From Candidatus Azambacteria bacterium (lineage in GTDB: Bacteria > Patescibacteriota > Minisyncoccia > UBA10092), in contig JACRAJ010000001.1 of assembly GCA_016213445.1 (NCBI GenBank), forward strand, positions 78,203 through 142,202: 64,000 nt of DNA, in the 5' to 3' direction. The notes beneath the pieces are model-generated. The model made no database searches. It saw nothing but the letters and a program-made list of their open reading frames with translations, and was not told the origin of the DNA. The number at the start of each line of letters is the position of its first letter. Positions within the stretch are counted from its first letter, which is position 1. The position numbers and the translations under genes were made by a program. Below are positions 43,742-53,441 of the stretch, one piece after another.

Positions 43742-44639
43742 GAATTTTATCCAAAATCGCGCCGAATTCTTCCGGAGAATAAAATTCAATCAAAATTCTG
43801 CCGCGGCCGCCCGATTTGGCAAGCTTGACCCGCGTTCCGAAAAAATCTTCCAAACGCGATTCCCAAACTTTTACTTCCGGATCGGCAACGCTCTCATTCA
43901 CTCTTTTTGAAACGCCTTTGATTTGCCGTCCCAAAGTTTCCACCGCCCTAACCGATAAATTTTTCGTCAATATCTCATTAAACAGCGCCAATCTTTGATT
44001 GTCGCCGTCGACGGACAAAATCGCCCGGCCGTGGCCTTCGGAAATTTTTCCGGTTTCCACGGCTTTTTGAATTTCAACCGGCAATTGCAAAAGGCGCATC
44101 GTATTGGCCACCAATTCCCGCGACTGGCCCACTTTTTCGCCAACCTGCTTTTGCGTCAAGCCGAATTCTTTGGAAAGGCGCTCATAACTGCGGGCTTTTT
44201 CAATCGCGTTCAAATCGGAGCGCTGGATATTTTCAACCAAGGCTAATTCCAATTTTTCCCTGGCCTCGGTTTTAGGCCTTATTATCGCCGTCGCAAAATT
44301 CAATCCGGCCATCTTCGCCGCCCGAAGGCGCCTTTCGCCGGCGATTAATTCGTATGAAACTTTTATGCCCGACGGGCTTTCTTCTTCAACTTTAGTTACG
44401 ATAAGCGGCTGTAAAATCCCATGCTCGCGAATCGAATCGGCCAGGGATCGCAATTCGATTTCATCGAAATCGCGGCGCGGTTGAAGCGGATTTTCTTTTA
44501 TCTTGTCTATTTCAAGCAAAAAAACGCTCTCTTTTTCCCTCGGCCTATCGCCTTTTTCTTCAACGTTTTTATTTTGATTCGACAGCGCGGATTTCGGAAT
44601 CAACGATTCCAAGCCCCTTCCTAAACCAGAAAATTTCAT
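43731..44639 (-). CDS. parB: chromosome partitioning protein ParB/Spo0J
   Basis: LQPLIV, LIAGERRLRAAK and an HTH. Confidence 0.9.
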   Translation of the reverse strand: MKFSGLGRGLESLIPKSALSNQNKNVEEKGDRPREKESVFLLEIDKIKENPLQPRRDFDEIELRSLADSIREHGILQPLIVTKVEEESPSGIKVSYELIAGERRLRAAKMAGLNFATAIIRPKTEAREKLELALVENIQRSDLNAIEKARSYERLSKEFGLTQKQVGEKVGQSRELVANTMRLLQLPVEIQKAVETGKISEGHGRAILSVDGDNQRLALFNEILTKNLSVRAVETLGRQIKGVSKRVNESVADPEVKVWESRLEDFFGTRVKLAKSGGRGRILIEFYSPEEFGAILDKILKS

Positions 44640-45406
44640 ATTGTTTTATCTAAATTAATTATTTCCTGCGCCAATTCCCTATAAGCGTAGCCGCCGGATG
44701 AAGACGGCGCGTATTGCAATATCGTTTTGCCGAAACTCGGAGCCTCGGCGAGCGACACCGATCTCGGAATAACCGCCGAAAAAACATAGCCGGGAAAATT
44801 TCGGCGGACTTCTTTGGCCACTTCGCGGCTCAATTTTTGCCGCCGATCGTGCATCGTGAGAAGCGCTCCTTTCACTTTCAAATCTCTTCCCAGATTATCG
44901 CGTATTAAACCGATTGTTTCAAGAAGCTGTCCCAAACCTTCGAGGGCGTAATACTCGCATTGAACCGGAATAATCACTTCTTCCGCCGCAACAAGACCGT
45001 TTAAAGTTAAAAGTCCGAGCGAAGGCGGAGAATCGACGATAATATAATCGTAATTCGTCCTGATTTTTTTTAAAATATCGTAAAGACGCCATTCGCGGCG
45101 CTCGGCCGACACCAACTCGATCGAAGCGCCCGCCAATTCCGGAGCGGACGGAAGAATATCGTATCCGAAAAGCCCCGTTTTTTTTACAACCGCTTCCGGC
45201 TCGGTAAAATTCGCCAAAGAATGGTAAAGATGCTTGTCGAGCGTCCGCCAATCAACGCCGATACCGACCGTGGCATTAGCTTGAGGATCCAAATCAACCA
45301 ATAAAACATATTTGCCAAGCGCCGCGAGATACGCGCCGAGATTTACCGACGTGGTGCTTTTCCCGACACCTCCTTTTGCGTTTACAACGCTGATTATTCT
45401 CGCCAT
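44636..45406 (-). CDS. parA: chromosome partitioning ATPase ParA/Soj
   Basis: Deviant Walker A NAKGGVGKST. Confidence 0.9.
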   Translation of the reverse strand: MARIISVVNAKGGVGKSTTSVNLGAYLAALGKYVLLVDLDPQANATVGIGVDWRTLDKHLYHSLANFTEPEAVVKKTGLFGYDILPSAPELAGASIELVSAERREWRLYDILKKIRTNYDYIIVDSPPSLGLLTLNGLVAAEEVIIPVQCEYYALEGLGQLLETIGLIRDNLGRDLKVKGALLTMHDRRQKLSREVAKEVRRNFPGYVFSAVIPRSVSLAEAPSFGKTILQYAPSSSGGYAYRELAQEIINLDKTI

Positions 45407-45477
45407 ATTTTATGTCTTTACTATAAGCTAAACTTATGGCAATATCAATATAAAATTTTTAACGAATGGTCGGTTTC

Positions 45478-45558
45478 GGGCGAGTGGTGGAATGGCAGAC
45501 ACGCACGACTCAAAATCGTGTGCCGCAAGGCATGGGAGTTCGACTCTCCCCTCGCCCA
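45478..45558 (+). tRNA. tRNA-Leu (anticodon CAA), type II
   Basis: Acceptor gggcgag/ctcgccc, anticodon loop CTCAAAA, T arm gggagttcgactctccc. Confidence 0.85.
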
Positions 45559-45563
45559 CAAAT

Positions 45564-45592
45564 AAAAAATCCCGCAACTGCGGGATTTTTTA
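45564..45592. terminator. bidirectional terminator
   Basis: aaaaaatcccgc-aact-gcgggatttttt. Confidence 0.75.
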
Positions 45593-45600
45593 TTTTCAAA

Positions 45601-46179
45601 CTACCGGCGAGACAATCTTTTCAGCGCTTCTTTTACTTTCGCTTCCACGCTTTTAATGTCTTTGGGTAAATCGTTTAAAACTTTCCTGATATCGCTTTGC
45701 CTGTAGCCAAGCGCCGCGAGCGCTTCAAAAGCGTCGCCCATTTCTTTAAATCCTTCATCCGCTTCCAGAATCGTATTTTTCGCCAATTTGGTTTTAAGTT
45801 CCAAAATCAACCGCTGGGCGGTTTTTTTGCCGATGCCGGAAACTTTGGTGAAAAAATCTTCATCTTCGGAAACTATGGCCTGCTTCAAACTTGAAACCGG
45901 CGCGGTTTCCAATACTCCGAGAGCCGACCGCGGGCCGATGCCGGAAACGGAAATTAAAATTTCAAAAAATTCCAGTTCTTCTTTATCGATGAAACCGTAT
46001 AAATCCATGGCGTCCTCGCGGACGCAAAGATGCGTCCAAATTTTCGCGTCTTGGCCGTTTTGAGGAATTTCATCCAAAATTCCGGCGCGCGAAAAAACTT
46101 TATAGCCGGCGCCACTCACGCCGATTACGAAAAATTTGTCGTTTTTATCCAAAATTTTCCCTTCAAGATAAGAAATCAT
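45601..46179 (-). CDS. ruvA: Holliday junction helicase subunit RuvA
   Basis: MISYLEGKI..., HhH motifs VSGIGPRSA and VSGIGKKTA. The upstream 71 codons of the long ORF are rejected. Confidence 0.9.
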   Translation of the reverse strand: MISYLEGKILDKNDKFFVIGVSGAGYKVFSRAGILDEIPQNGQDAKIWTHLCVREDAMDLYGFIDKEELEFFEILISVSGIGPRSALGVLETAPVSSLKQAIVSEDEDFFTKVSGIGKKTAQRLILELKTKLAKNTILEADEGFKEMGDAFEALAALGYRQSDIRKVLNDLPKDIKSVEAKVKEALKRLSRR

Positions 46180-46246
46180 TTGGCTTAATGATACCTCGAA
46201 ACTCTTGCCAAAATCAAAAATAAAGCGTAATCTCTTGATTAAACAT

Positions 46247-46507
46247 ATGCCAATAACAAAATCAGCTGAAAAAGCCCTAAGACAAAACAAAAGACGAAGA
46301 GCGAGAAACATAAAACAGTCCCGCTCGGTTAAAGATGAGATAAAAACTCTCAAAAAGCTCGTGGTTAAAAAAGACAAAGCGGGCGCGGCCAAAGCCTTGC
46401 CGAAAGTTTACAAATCCTTGGACAAAGCCGTAAAAACAAATCTCATCAAGAAAAACACCGCCTCGCGATTGAAATCCCGCTTAACCAAAAGCGTCAATAA
46501 GCTTTGA
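46247..46507 (+). CDS. rpsT: 30S ribosomal protein S20
   Basis: MPITKSAEKALRQNKRRRARN. Confidence 0.85.
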   Translation: MPITKSAEKALRQNKRRRARNIKQSRSVKDEIKTLKKLVVKKDKAGAAKALPKVYKSLDKAVKTNLIKKNTASRLKSRLTKSVNKL

Positions 46508-46513
46508 TTTTTA

Positions 46514-47452
46514 TCATAACTCCGCGATTAAAATGGAAAGCGCGGCTTTTTCGTTTACACTGCCCGTTTTGAGCGCGAAATCCAAATCGATAATTTTGGA
46601 CAAAATCGCGCCGAGCTCTTCAATGGAAAACAATTTCGCCGCTTCCCGCGTTTTTTCCAAAACAAAAGGGTGAAGCCTTAATTCCGAAGGCTTTTCGGGA
46701 TTCGATTTGAACCTCAAAAGATTCCTGACTTGCCACGCCAAAAGACCCAATAATTCGGTCGGCTTCTCTCCGTTTTCGAGAGCTTCATGAAGAGTTTTAA
46801 GCGCTTTTTTCTTGTCTTTTTTCGCCAGCGCGTCGGTTAACGCGAAAATTTTATAATCCGCGTTCGGAATTATCAAATCTTCGGCCTGCGACTTACTGAC
46901 GACATTCTTAATTTTTTCCCCGGAGGCGGAGAAATCGGCCAGTTTTCTTATTTCATTATCGAGCCGCCAAAGATCCGAACCGCAATTCGCCATCAAAAAA
47001 TCAACAGCTTCGTTTGTGAAATCGACATTCAAGGAAGCGGCAAACCGCTTTATCCAATTCTTGATTTCATAATTTTTAAGCGATTTAAAATCTTGCGACT
47101 GGCTTGGTTTTTTTTCCAGATATTCAAAAAGCTTGTTTTTTTCCGGCTCTCCGAAAGCGGTGATGATTAAAATCAAATCCTCTCTTTCTTTCAAATTCCG
47201 TGATTTGAAAAATTCCAAAAACTTTTCCTGATCGATTCCGGCGGAAAAAATATTTTTCAAAATCATCAATTTTTTTTCGGGAATGAGCGAATCGGATTTG
47301 GCCGCTTCAAAAAAAACTTCCGGCTTTTTTTCCGCAAAATCAAAAACCGTAAAATTCAAGCCGCTGGGATTTTTTGCTTTATATCCGCGCGCCAGTTCGT
47401 TCAATTTTTGGCCGATTCCGTAAGAATTTTGTCCGTATAAAAACAGGATCAT
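46514..47452 (-). CDS. holA: DNA polymerase III delta subunit
   Basis: 312 aa, LYGQNSY N-terminus and delta-like helical C-terminus. Motifs are weak. Confidence 0.6.
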   Translation of the reverse strand: MILFLYGQNSYGIGQKLNELARGYKAKNPSGLNFTVFDFAEKKPEVFFEAAKSDSLIPEKKLMILKNIFSAGIDQEKFLEFFKSRNLKEREDLILIITAFGEPEKNKLFEYLEKKPSQSQDFKSLKNYEIKNWIKRFAASLNVDFTNEAVDFLMANCGSDLWRLDNEIRKLADFSASGEKIKNVVSKSQAEDLIIPNADYKIFALTDALAKKDKKKALKTLHEALENGEKPTELLGLLAWQVRNLLRFKSNPEKPSELRLHPFVLEKTREAAKLFSIEELGAILSKIIDLDFALKTGSVNEKAALSILIAEL

Positions 47453-49077
47453 CGCTTTTTATTTATCGCCGCCCTTACAAACTCCCGAAAAAGCGGGTGG
47501 GGACTTAAAGGGCGCGATTTGAATTCCGGATGAAACTGCGTGCCGACAAAAAAAGGATGTTCCTTTTTGGGCAATTCGGCGATTTCCATCAGCCGGCGGT
47601 CGGGCGAAAAACCGGAAAAAACAATTCCTTTTTCTTCCAATTTTTTCACGTACAGCGGATTAACTTCATAGCGGTGGCGATGCCTTTCGGAAATTAAATG
47701 CTCTTTATACGCGCCGTAAGCGATGGTTCCCTTTTTTAAAACCGCCGGGTAAGCCCCCAAGCGCATCGAACCGCCGTAATTTTTTTCCTCCAACAGCTTT
47801 TTTTGTTCGGGCAAAATATCAATAACCGGATGCTGGACTTCCGGATTTATTTCCGTGGTGTTGGCGTCTTTAAGTCTGAGAACCGAGCGGCCGTATTCAA
47901 TCACCGCAAGCTGCATTCCGTAGCACAGCCCTAAAAAAGGAATTTTTTTCTCTCTCAAATAGCGAATGGCCGCAATTTTGCCTTCCACTCCCCGGCTTCC
48001 AAAGCCGCCGGGGATAACAACGCCGTCATATTCCGATAATTTTTTAAGATTGTCTTGACCGCTGAATTCATCGGCGTTCAGCCAATGAAGCTCCGGCTTT
48101 TTTTTGAAAAAATAAATGGAATGTTTCAGCGCTTCAATAACCGAGATATACGAATCGGCTAAAATAAAATCTCCTGTCCCGAAATATTTGCCGACAATGC
48201 CGATCTTTACCGGATTTTTGGCGCGGCGGGTGATTTCCGCCAATTTTTCCCAATCTTTCAGGTCTTGTTTTTTGGGTTTGAGTTTTAATTTTTTTAAAAT
48301 AACGCCACCCAAATTATCTTTCTCAAAATTAACGGGCACCTCATAAATGCTATTTACATCGGGAGCCGAAATGACGTCTTCTTCCGCCATACTGCAATTG
48401 AAAGCTATTTTGTCTTTGCGTTTTTTATCAAGCGGCATCGGAGCCCTCGCGATAATAATATCGGGCTGAAGACCCGCGGCGTTTAAAGTCCGCGCCGCGT
48501 ATTGGGTCGGCTTGGTTTTTAATTCGCCTTCCGATCCTTGGAGGGGCAAATGGCTCACCAGCGACAAAAGAACATCGTTCGGCTTTTTGATTTTTAATAT
48601 TCTTATCGCCTCCAAAAATAAAATATTCTGATATTCGCCAACCGTGCCGCCGATTTCCACGATTACGACATTGGCCTTGCTTTTAGCCGCGGCTTTGTCG
48701 ATTTTATTTAAAACTTCCAAACAGATATGCGGCACGACTTCAACGCATTTTCCGCCGTAGCCCAAGTTTCTTTCCCTGTTAATCACCGCCTGATACACGC
48801 TGCCGGTGGTCATATAGTTGGCGGAAGACAAGTCGCAATCCAAGAATCTTTCGTAATTGCCCATATCCTGGTCGCACTCCATTCCGTCATTGAGAACAAA
48901 AACTTCGCCGTGCTCCGTCGGATTCATTGTGCCGGCATCAAGGTTTACATAAGGGTCGATTTTAATGGCGGTAACCGAAAAGCCCCTTGATTGGAGAATC
49001 TTGCCGATTGAAGCGGCGGCCACGCCTTTGCCGACGCCGGACATAACGCCGCCAACAATGAAAATATATTTGAGCAT
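47449..49077 (-). CDS. pyrG: CTP synthase
   Basis: GGVMSGVGKG, GLCYGMQ (GATase Cys) and HRHRYEVN. Confidence 0.95.
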   Translation of the reverse strand: MLKYIFIVGGVMSGVGKGVAAASIGKILQSRGFSVTAIKIDPYVNLDAGTMNPTEHGEVFVLNDGMECDQDMGNYERFLDCDLSSANYMTTGSVYQAVINRERNLGYGGKCVEVVPHICLEVLNKIDKAAAKSKANVVIVEIGGTVGEYQNILFLEAIRILKIKKPNDVLLSLVSHLPLQGSEGELKTKPTQYAARTLNAAGLQPDIIIARAPMPLDKKRKDKIAFNCSMAEEDVISAPDVNSIYEVPVNFEKDNLGGVILKKLKLKPKKQDLKDWEKLAEITRRAKNPVKIGIVGKYFGTGDFILADSYISVIEALKHSIYFFKKKPELHWLNADEFSGQDNLKKLSEYDGVVIPGGFGSRGVEGKIAAIRYLREKKIPFLGLCYGMQLAVIEYGRSVLRLKDANTTEINPEVQHPVIDILPEQKKLLEEKNYGGSMRLGAYPAVLKKGTIAYGAYKEHLISERHRHRYEVNPLYVKKLEEKGIVFSGFSPDRRLMEIAELPKKEHPFFVGTQFHPEFKSRPLSPHPLFREFVRAAINKKR

Positions 49078-49086
49078 ATGTAATGA

Positions 49087-49239
49087 ATTCTAAACCCAAT
49101 ACCATTGCTTTTTCTTGCGCGTTCGCCCCGCCAGCGCGGGGCTCTCTGTCCGTCCTCGCCCCGACGCTCCCGCTACGCGGGAGACCATGCCGTCGGGGCT
49201 GCGGAAGCTGTGAAAAACCAATGGTATTGGGTTTAGAAT
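49087..49239. ncRNA. 153-nt structured element: 21-bp perfect closing stem around a GC-rich core with three perfect hairpins (ncRNA or MITE; class unknown)
   Basis: attctaaacccaataccattg (49087-49107) pairs with 49219-49239. Inner helices: gccccgc/gcggggc, gccccgac/gtcggggc, ctcccgc/gcgggag. Confidence 0.5.
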
Positions 49240-49276
49240 CAGTTTTTAATGTAATTACAAAAAGAATAACTCGATT

Positions 49277-50149
49277 TCAAATCTTTTGGCAACTTGGACA
49301 AAAATGAGCTGACCGGCCGCCGATTTTCAGCCGTTTAATTTTTCCGCCGCACCTCATTGGGCACCGTTCTCCTTCCTTGCGATAAACCAAACGCGCTTCG
49401 GAATAGCACCCCGATTTTCCCGCCGTGTCCCTGTAATCCGAAATCGAGGTGCCGCGCAATTTAATCGCCTTTTTTAAAATTTTCTTTGTAGCCGAAAAAA
49501 TCGCCCGCAATTCTTTATCGCTCAATTTTTCGGCTTTTTTCAACGGATGCATTTTGGCAGCAAATAAAATTTCGTCGGAATAAATATTGCCTATTCCGGA
49601 AACGACGCTCTGGTCCATCAAGACTTTTTTTATCGGCCCGCGTTTTTTCATTATCAAATTTTTAAAATCGCCGAAATTAAATCCGGCGGCCAGCGGATCG
49701 GGGCCGATATTTTTCACGTCCTCAAGATTTTCGAAATCTTTTTTATCAACCGCCAAGATTTTGGCGAATTTTCTCAAATCGGAAAGCGCCAGCATATTAT
49801 TCCCGCCAAAAATGAACATTACGTGAATATAGCCGTTGACTTTTTCCGCGAGCGGCCCTTTTTTAGCCGCGATCCATTTTCCCCGATCCATAATCCATGA
49901 TCCGACAAGCAAATGCCCGGTCATTTTTTGATGGATTAAAATTTCCTTGCCGCCCGACAAATCAAAAATGATATTTTTGCCGATCCGCCGGATTTTTCCT
50001 ATTTTCCTGCCTACTATTGTTTTTTTGAAATTGCCAAATGAACACCGGAAATATTTCGGCCAGTCGGTCCAAACATCGGTTATGGTCAAACCTTTTATTT
50101 TCCTGTTTAAATCATTAACGATTGTTTGCACTTCGGGCAATTCAGGCAT
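49277..50149 (-). CDS. mutM: formamidopyrimidine-DNA glycosylase
   Basis: MPELPEV N-terminus and a C-terminal zinc finger C..C...C..C. Confidence 0.9.
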   Translation of the reverse strand: MPELPEVQTIVNDLNRKIKGLTITDVWTDWPKYFRCSFGNFKKTIVGRKIGKIRRIGKNIIFDLSGGKEILIHQKMTGHLLVGSWIMDRGKWIAAKKGPLAEKVNGYIHVMFIFGGNNMLALSDLRKFAKILAVDKKDFENLEDVKNIGPDPLAAGFNFGDFKNLIMKKRGPIKKVLMDQSVVSGIGNIYSDEILFAAKMHPLKKAEKLSDKELRAIFSATKKILKKAIKLRGTSISDYRDTAGKSGCYSEARLVYRKEGERCPMRCGGKIKRLKIGGRSAHFCPSCQKI

Positions 50150-52865
50150 ATTTTTTTCTCCCTTCGGGAGATCCCTTGTAGGGGGACATGTCCGACCAAT
50201 TATCGCCGGCTTTCGCTTCGGTGATAATCGGCACTTTTCCGCCAATGGCGGATCCGCCTTTGGCGGATAATTTTATTACGCCCTGCATTATTTCCATAAT
50301 TTTCGGCGCGAATTTTTCAACCAAGCCTTTTTTAACTTCAAACAATAATTCATCGTGGACCTGCAAGATCATTCTCAAATCGCCGTTATAATTTTCTTTC
50401 CGAATCCAATCGTCAATTTCAATCATCGCTTTTTTCATAATGTCGGCTTCCAGGCCTTGAATGGGCATATTTACCGCCATTCTTTCCGCTTGCGATCGCA
50501 GCATATAATTCGGAGAATTAAGTTCGGGCAAATAACGCCGCCGGCCAAAAAATGTGACGGCAAAACCGTTTTTCCGAGCATCGTCTTTCAGTTTTTGAAT
50601 ATAATCCGCAATGCCGGAAAAATCTTTGAGATATTCCTCCATAAATTGCTCCGCCCTTTCTTTGCTGATTTTGGCGGCTTCGGCAAAACTCTGCGCACCC
50701 ATTCCATATATGATACCGAAATTCAATTCTTTGGCGGCAAAACGCATTTCCGGCGTCACCTTTTCGATAGATACGTTATTAATTTCCGCCGCGGTAAATT
50801 TGTGAATGTCCAAACCGTCTTTAAAGGCCTTGATCATTTTTTTATCGCCGGCCAAAGCGGCAATGATTCTTAAATGAATTTGCGAATAGTCAACCGATAA
50901 AAATTTGAAACCCGATTCAGCCGCAAAAGCCCTTCGTATGTCGCCGCTGAAATCGCCCCGCGCCGGAATATTTTGTAAATTCGGATCCTGGCTTGAAAGG
51001 CGGCCGGTGGCCGTTCCGGTTTGATTAAACGTCGTATGGATGCGGTGAATTTTATCAACCAAATTCGGCAAAGCGTCGGCGTACGTCGATTTCAATTTGG
51101 CAAGTTCGCGATACTTTAAAATATAATCGATTATTTTATGCTCGCCGCGGAGTTTTTCGAGCTCGCCGGCGCTTGTTGAAAGCGCGCCGCCGGGCGTTTT
51201 TTTAATGCGTCCGCCGGAACGCGCGCCGGGAATTTTCAATTTAACGAAAATAATTTCCGCCAATTGCCGCGGCGAATTAATGTTGAATTTTTCGCCGGCC
51301 AAATCGTAAATTTCCTTTTCCAAACCTTCCAATTTATTTTTTAATTCACCGGCGGTTTTTTTAAGGCTTTCACCGTCCAGCCCGATGCCGATTGTTTCCA
51401 TTTTCGCCAAAACAGGAATAAGCGGCATTTCAATTTCTTTAAAAACCCTTTCGGTTTCGGTGGCGGCGAGGCGCGCCAAAAGCGCCGATTCCAATTTTTT
51501 TAAAACATTCGCCTTAAAAGCCAAAGACTCGTCGGGATTTTCGGGCACACTCTCCCCGAACTCTTTCATAATAAGTTTTTCAATACCGTAATCGCGTTCG
51601 CCCGGATTTAAAACATAAGCGGCGATTTCCGCGTCAAATTCCAAACCGTAAAAATCCATATTTTTTTTCCAAAACGCTTTGATCAAGGATTTCAAATCGC
51701 AGCCGATTTTTTTAATTTTTTTGCCGGAAATAATTTCGGCAACGCTTGAAAAATCGTTTTCCAAAAGATAAATACTCTTCCCGTCGTTTACCCCGTTAGA
51801 AACTTTGCTTCTAACGGGGTTTATCGCCAGCGCCTTAAGATTGCCATTTTCGATTTGATGCGCCAAATAAATCTCCTTGGCCGTTTTTAATTCTCCAATC
51901 AATTTTTCCAAACTCAAATCCCGCGGAACTTTTTTATATTCTATTCTTTCGGCAATTTTTAAAGGCATTGCCAAAACGCCCTGCTCGCCGGCGGATTTTA
52001 ATCTTTCTATCAAACTCATAAACCCCAATTCCCTGAAAACTTCGAAAATTTTTTCTTTGTCGAATTTTCCGAACGCGCTTTTTTCCAAAGAAAAATCAAT
52101 CGGAACGTTCGTATCCAAAATCGCCAGCTTTTTTGAAAAAAAAGCCGCTTCTTTTCCGGCTTTTAATTTTTCCAAAACGGATTTGCCGATGCCGCCAACT
52201 CGCCCGCTTTCCACGGCCTCATAAAGTTTTTCAATCGTCTTGTATCGATTTAACAAGTTGATGGCCGTTTTTTCGCCGATGCCTTTAACGCCGGGAATAT
52301 TGTCGGAAGGATCGCCTTTGAGCCCTTTAAAATCCGGCATTTGTTCGGGCGAGAGCCCTTCGAATCGCTCTCCGACTTTTTTTGCGTCATAAATAACCGG
52401 ATCGCTTAAGCCCCGCTTCGGCGTGTAAACTTTAATATTATCGCAGACAAGCTGAAGCGTATCCATATCGCCGGTAAGAATAAAAACTTCGATGTCTTTT
52501 CCGGAGAGTTTCCGGCTGACGGTTCCGATAATATCATCGGCCTCGTAACCAGACTTTTCATAAACCGGAATTTCAAAAGCCGCAAGAATTTCTTTAACTC
52601 TCGGAATTTGAATATACAAATCGGGCGGCGCTTCCGGTCGCGTGGCTTTGTATTTTCCGTATTCTTTGTGGCGAAATGTCGGCTCGGGCAAGTCAAAGGC
52701 GGCGGCAATATAATCGGGCTTAAATTCGCCAATAGTCTTTATTAAAATGGAAGAAAATCCGAAAACCGCGTTCACCGATTCGCCGCTTTTGGAGCTAAGC
52801 GGCGGTAAAGCGTGGTAAGCGCGATGAATCAGGGCGTAGGCGTCAATTAAAATAAATTTTTTCAT
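50142..52865 (-). CDS. polA: DNA polymerase I
   Basis: 5'-nuclease N-terminus (LIDAYALIHRAYHA), pol motifs DYSQIHLRI and QVHDELLFE. Confidence 0.95.
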   Translation of the reverse strand: MKKFILIDAYALIHRAYHALPPLSSKSGESVNAVFGFSSILIKTIGEFKPDYIAAAFDLPEPTFRHKEYGKYKATRPEAPPDLYIQIPRVKEILAAFEIPVYEKSGYEADDIIGTVSRKLSGKDIEVFILTGDMDTLQLVCDNIKVYTPKRGLSDPVIYDAKKVGERFEGLSPEQMPDFKGLKGDPSDNIPGVKGIGEKTAINLLNRYKTIEKLYEAVESGRVGGIGKSVLEKLKAGKEAAFFSKKLAILDTNVPIDFSLEKSAFGKFDKEKIFEVFRELGFMSLIERLKSAGEQGVLAMPLKIAERIEYKKVPRDLSLEKLIGELKTAKEIYLAHQIENGNLKALAINPVRSKVSNGVNDGKSIYLLENDFSSVAEIISGKKIKKIGCDLKSLIKAFWKKNMDFYGLEFDAEIAAYVLNPGERDYGIEKLIMKEFGESVPENPDESLAFKANVLKKLESALLARLAATETERVFKEIEMPLIPVLAKMETIGIGLDGESLKKTAGELKNKLEGLEKEIYDLAGEKFNINSPRQLAEIIFVKLKIPGARSGGRIKKTPGGALSTSAGELEKLRGEHKIIDYILKYRELAKLKSTYADALPNLVDKIHRIHTTFNQTGTATGRLSSQDPNLQNIPARGDFSGDIRRAFAAESGFKFLSVDYSQIHLRIIAALAGDKKMIKAFKDGLDIHKFTAAEINNVSIEKVTPEMRFAAKELNFGIIYGMGAQSFAEAAKISKERAEQFMEEYLKDFSGIADYIQKLKDDARKNGFAVTFFGRRRYLPELNSPNYMLRSQAERMAVNMPIQGLEADIMKKAMIEIDDWIRKENYNGDLRMILQVHDELLFEVKKGLVEKFAPKIMEIMQGVIKLSAKGGSAIGGKVPIITEAKAGDNWSDMSPYKGSPEGRKKYA
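50238..50267. repeat. 30-nt double-hairpin palindrome copy, in frame near the polA C-terminus
   Basis: tccgccaatggcggatccgcctttggcgga encodes SAKGGSAIGG. Confidence 0.85.
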
Positions 52866-52970
52866 TGGTAAAATTGCGTCAAAATTTTCGCGAAACAATT
52901 GTATTACTTATTTCCTTCCTTATTTTAAATCCCTTACTCGGCCGATTGTATTATCCGGTTTTATTATATC

Positions 52971-53004
52971 AAAATTAAAAGACACATGGAATTTCCATGT
53001 GTCT
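52971..53004 (-). terminator. terminator-like 10-bp hairpin
   Basis: agacacatgg-aattt-ccatgtgtct with a T-rich tail on the minus strand. Confidence 0.5.
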
Positions 53005-53026
53005 CGGTTTTCTCACCTCCTCGGTT

Positions 53027-53395
53027 TTAATATTCAAAGGTAAAAGAAATAAGATTTAAGAAACTGCCTGACGAGAACGCAGATGGCCGTGGGCAAGGCT
53101 GGCGCTGAACCAATCGACGAACACGATTGCTGATAGCTGATATGGTAGCATGGCTATTTTTGCTTTCAAGTTTGATAATGAAAACCAATCCGCTTTTTCT
53201 TTTAATGAGGGCTCTTTCGTGGGCAAGACGGGGAAAGTATCGCCTTTGTTCAAGCGGATTGTTTCTTAGGAGTTCTCTGGCAACCAATGACGGGTTTCGA
53301 CCTATGGCTATGGCAATGTTTCTGATTGAGGTTTTTTGCCACAGTAGTTCCTGCATTCTTTCTCTTTCCTCAATCGTTAAATAATTGTATTTCAT
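53027..53395 (-). pseudogene. IS30-family transposase N-terminal (HTH) remnant
   Basis: MKYNYLTIEERERMQELLWQKTSIRNIAIAIGRNPSLVARELLRN, then unrelated sequence. No DDE domain. Confidence 0.55.
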
Positions 53396-53441
53396 ACACT
53401 TCTATATTTAACAGAAGTGTTGCGCTTACTCGTTGAACTTA

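Noticed and set aside
45601-46392. Full 263-aa ORF as an N-terminally extended RuvA.
   Set aside because: The first 71 codons (MAAPALSFLTTSFL...) are antisense to the rpsT promoter and 5' region and are unlike RuvA. The canonical MISYLEGKI start lies at 46179.
49150-49175. ggacagagagcc on the minus strand resembles the PyrR-binding loop (UCCAGAGAGGCU) upstream of pyrG.
   Set aside because: The match is only partial and is not placed in a hairpin loop. pyrG is not a known PyrR target, so this is likely coincidence.
49083-49307. 74-aa ORF (MNSKPNTIAFSCAFAPPARGSLSV...).
   Set aside because: It is the translation of the GC-rich inverted-repeat element. It has no start context and its 3' end overlaps the mutM stop region.
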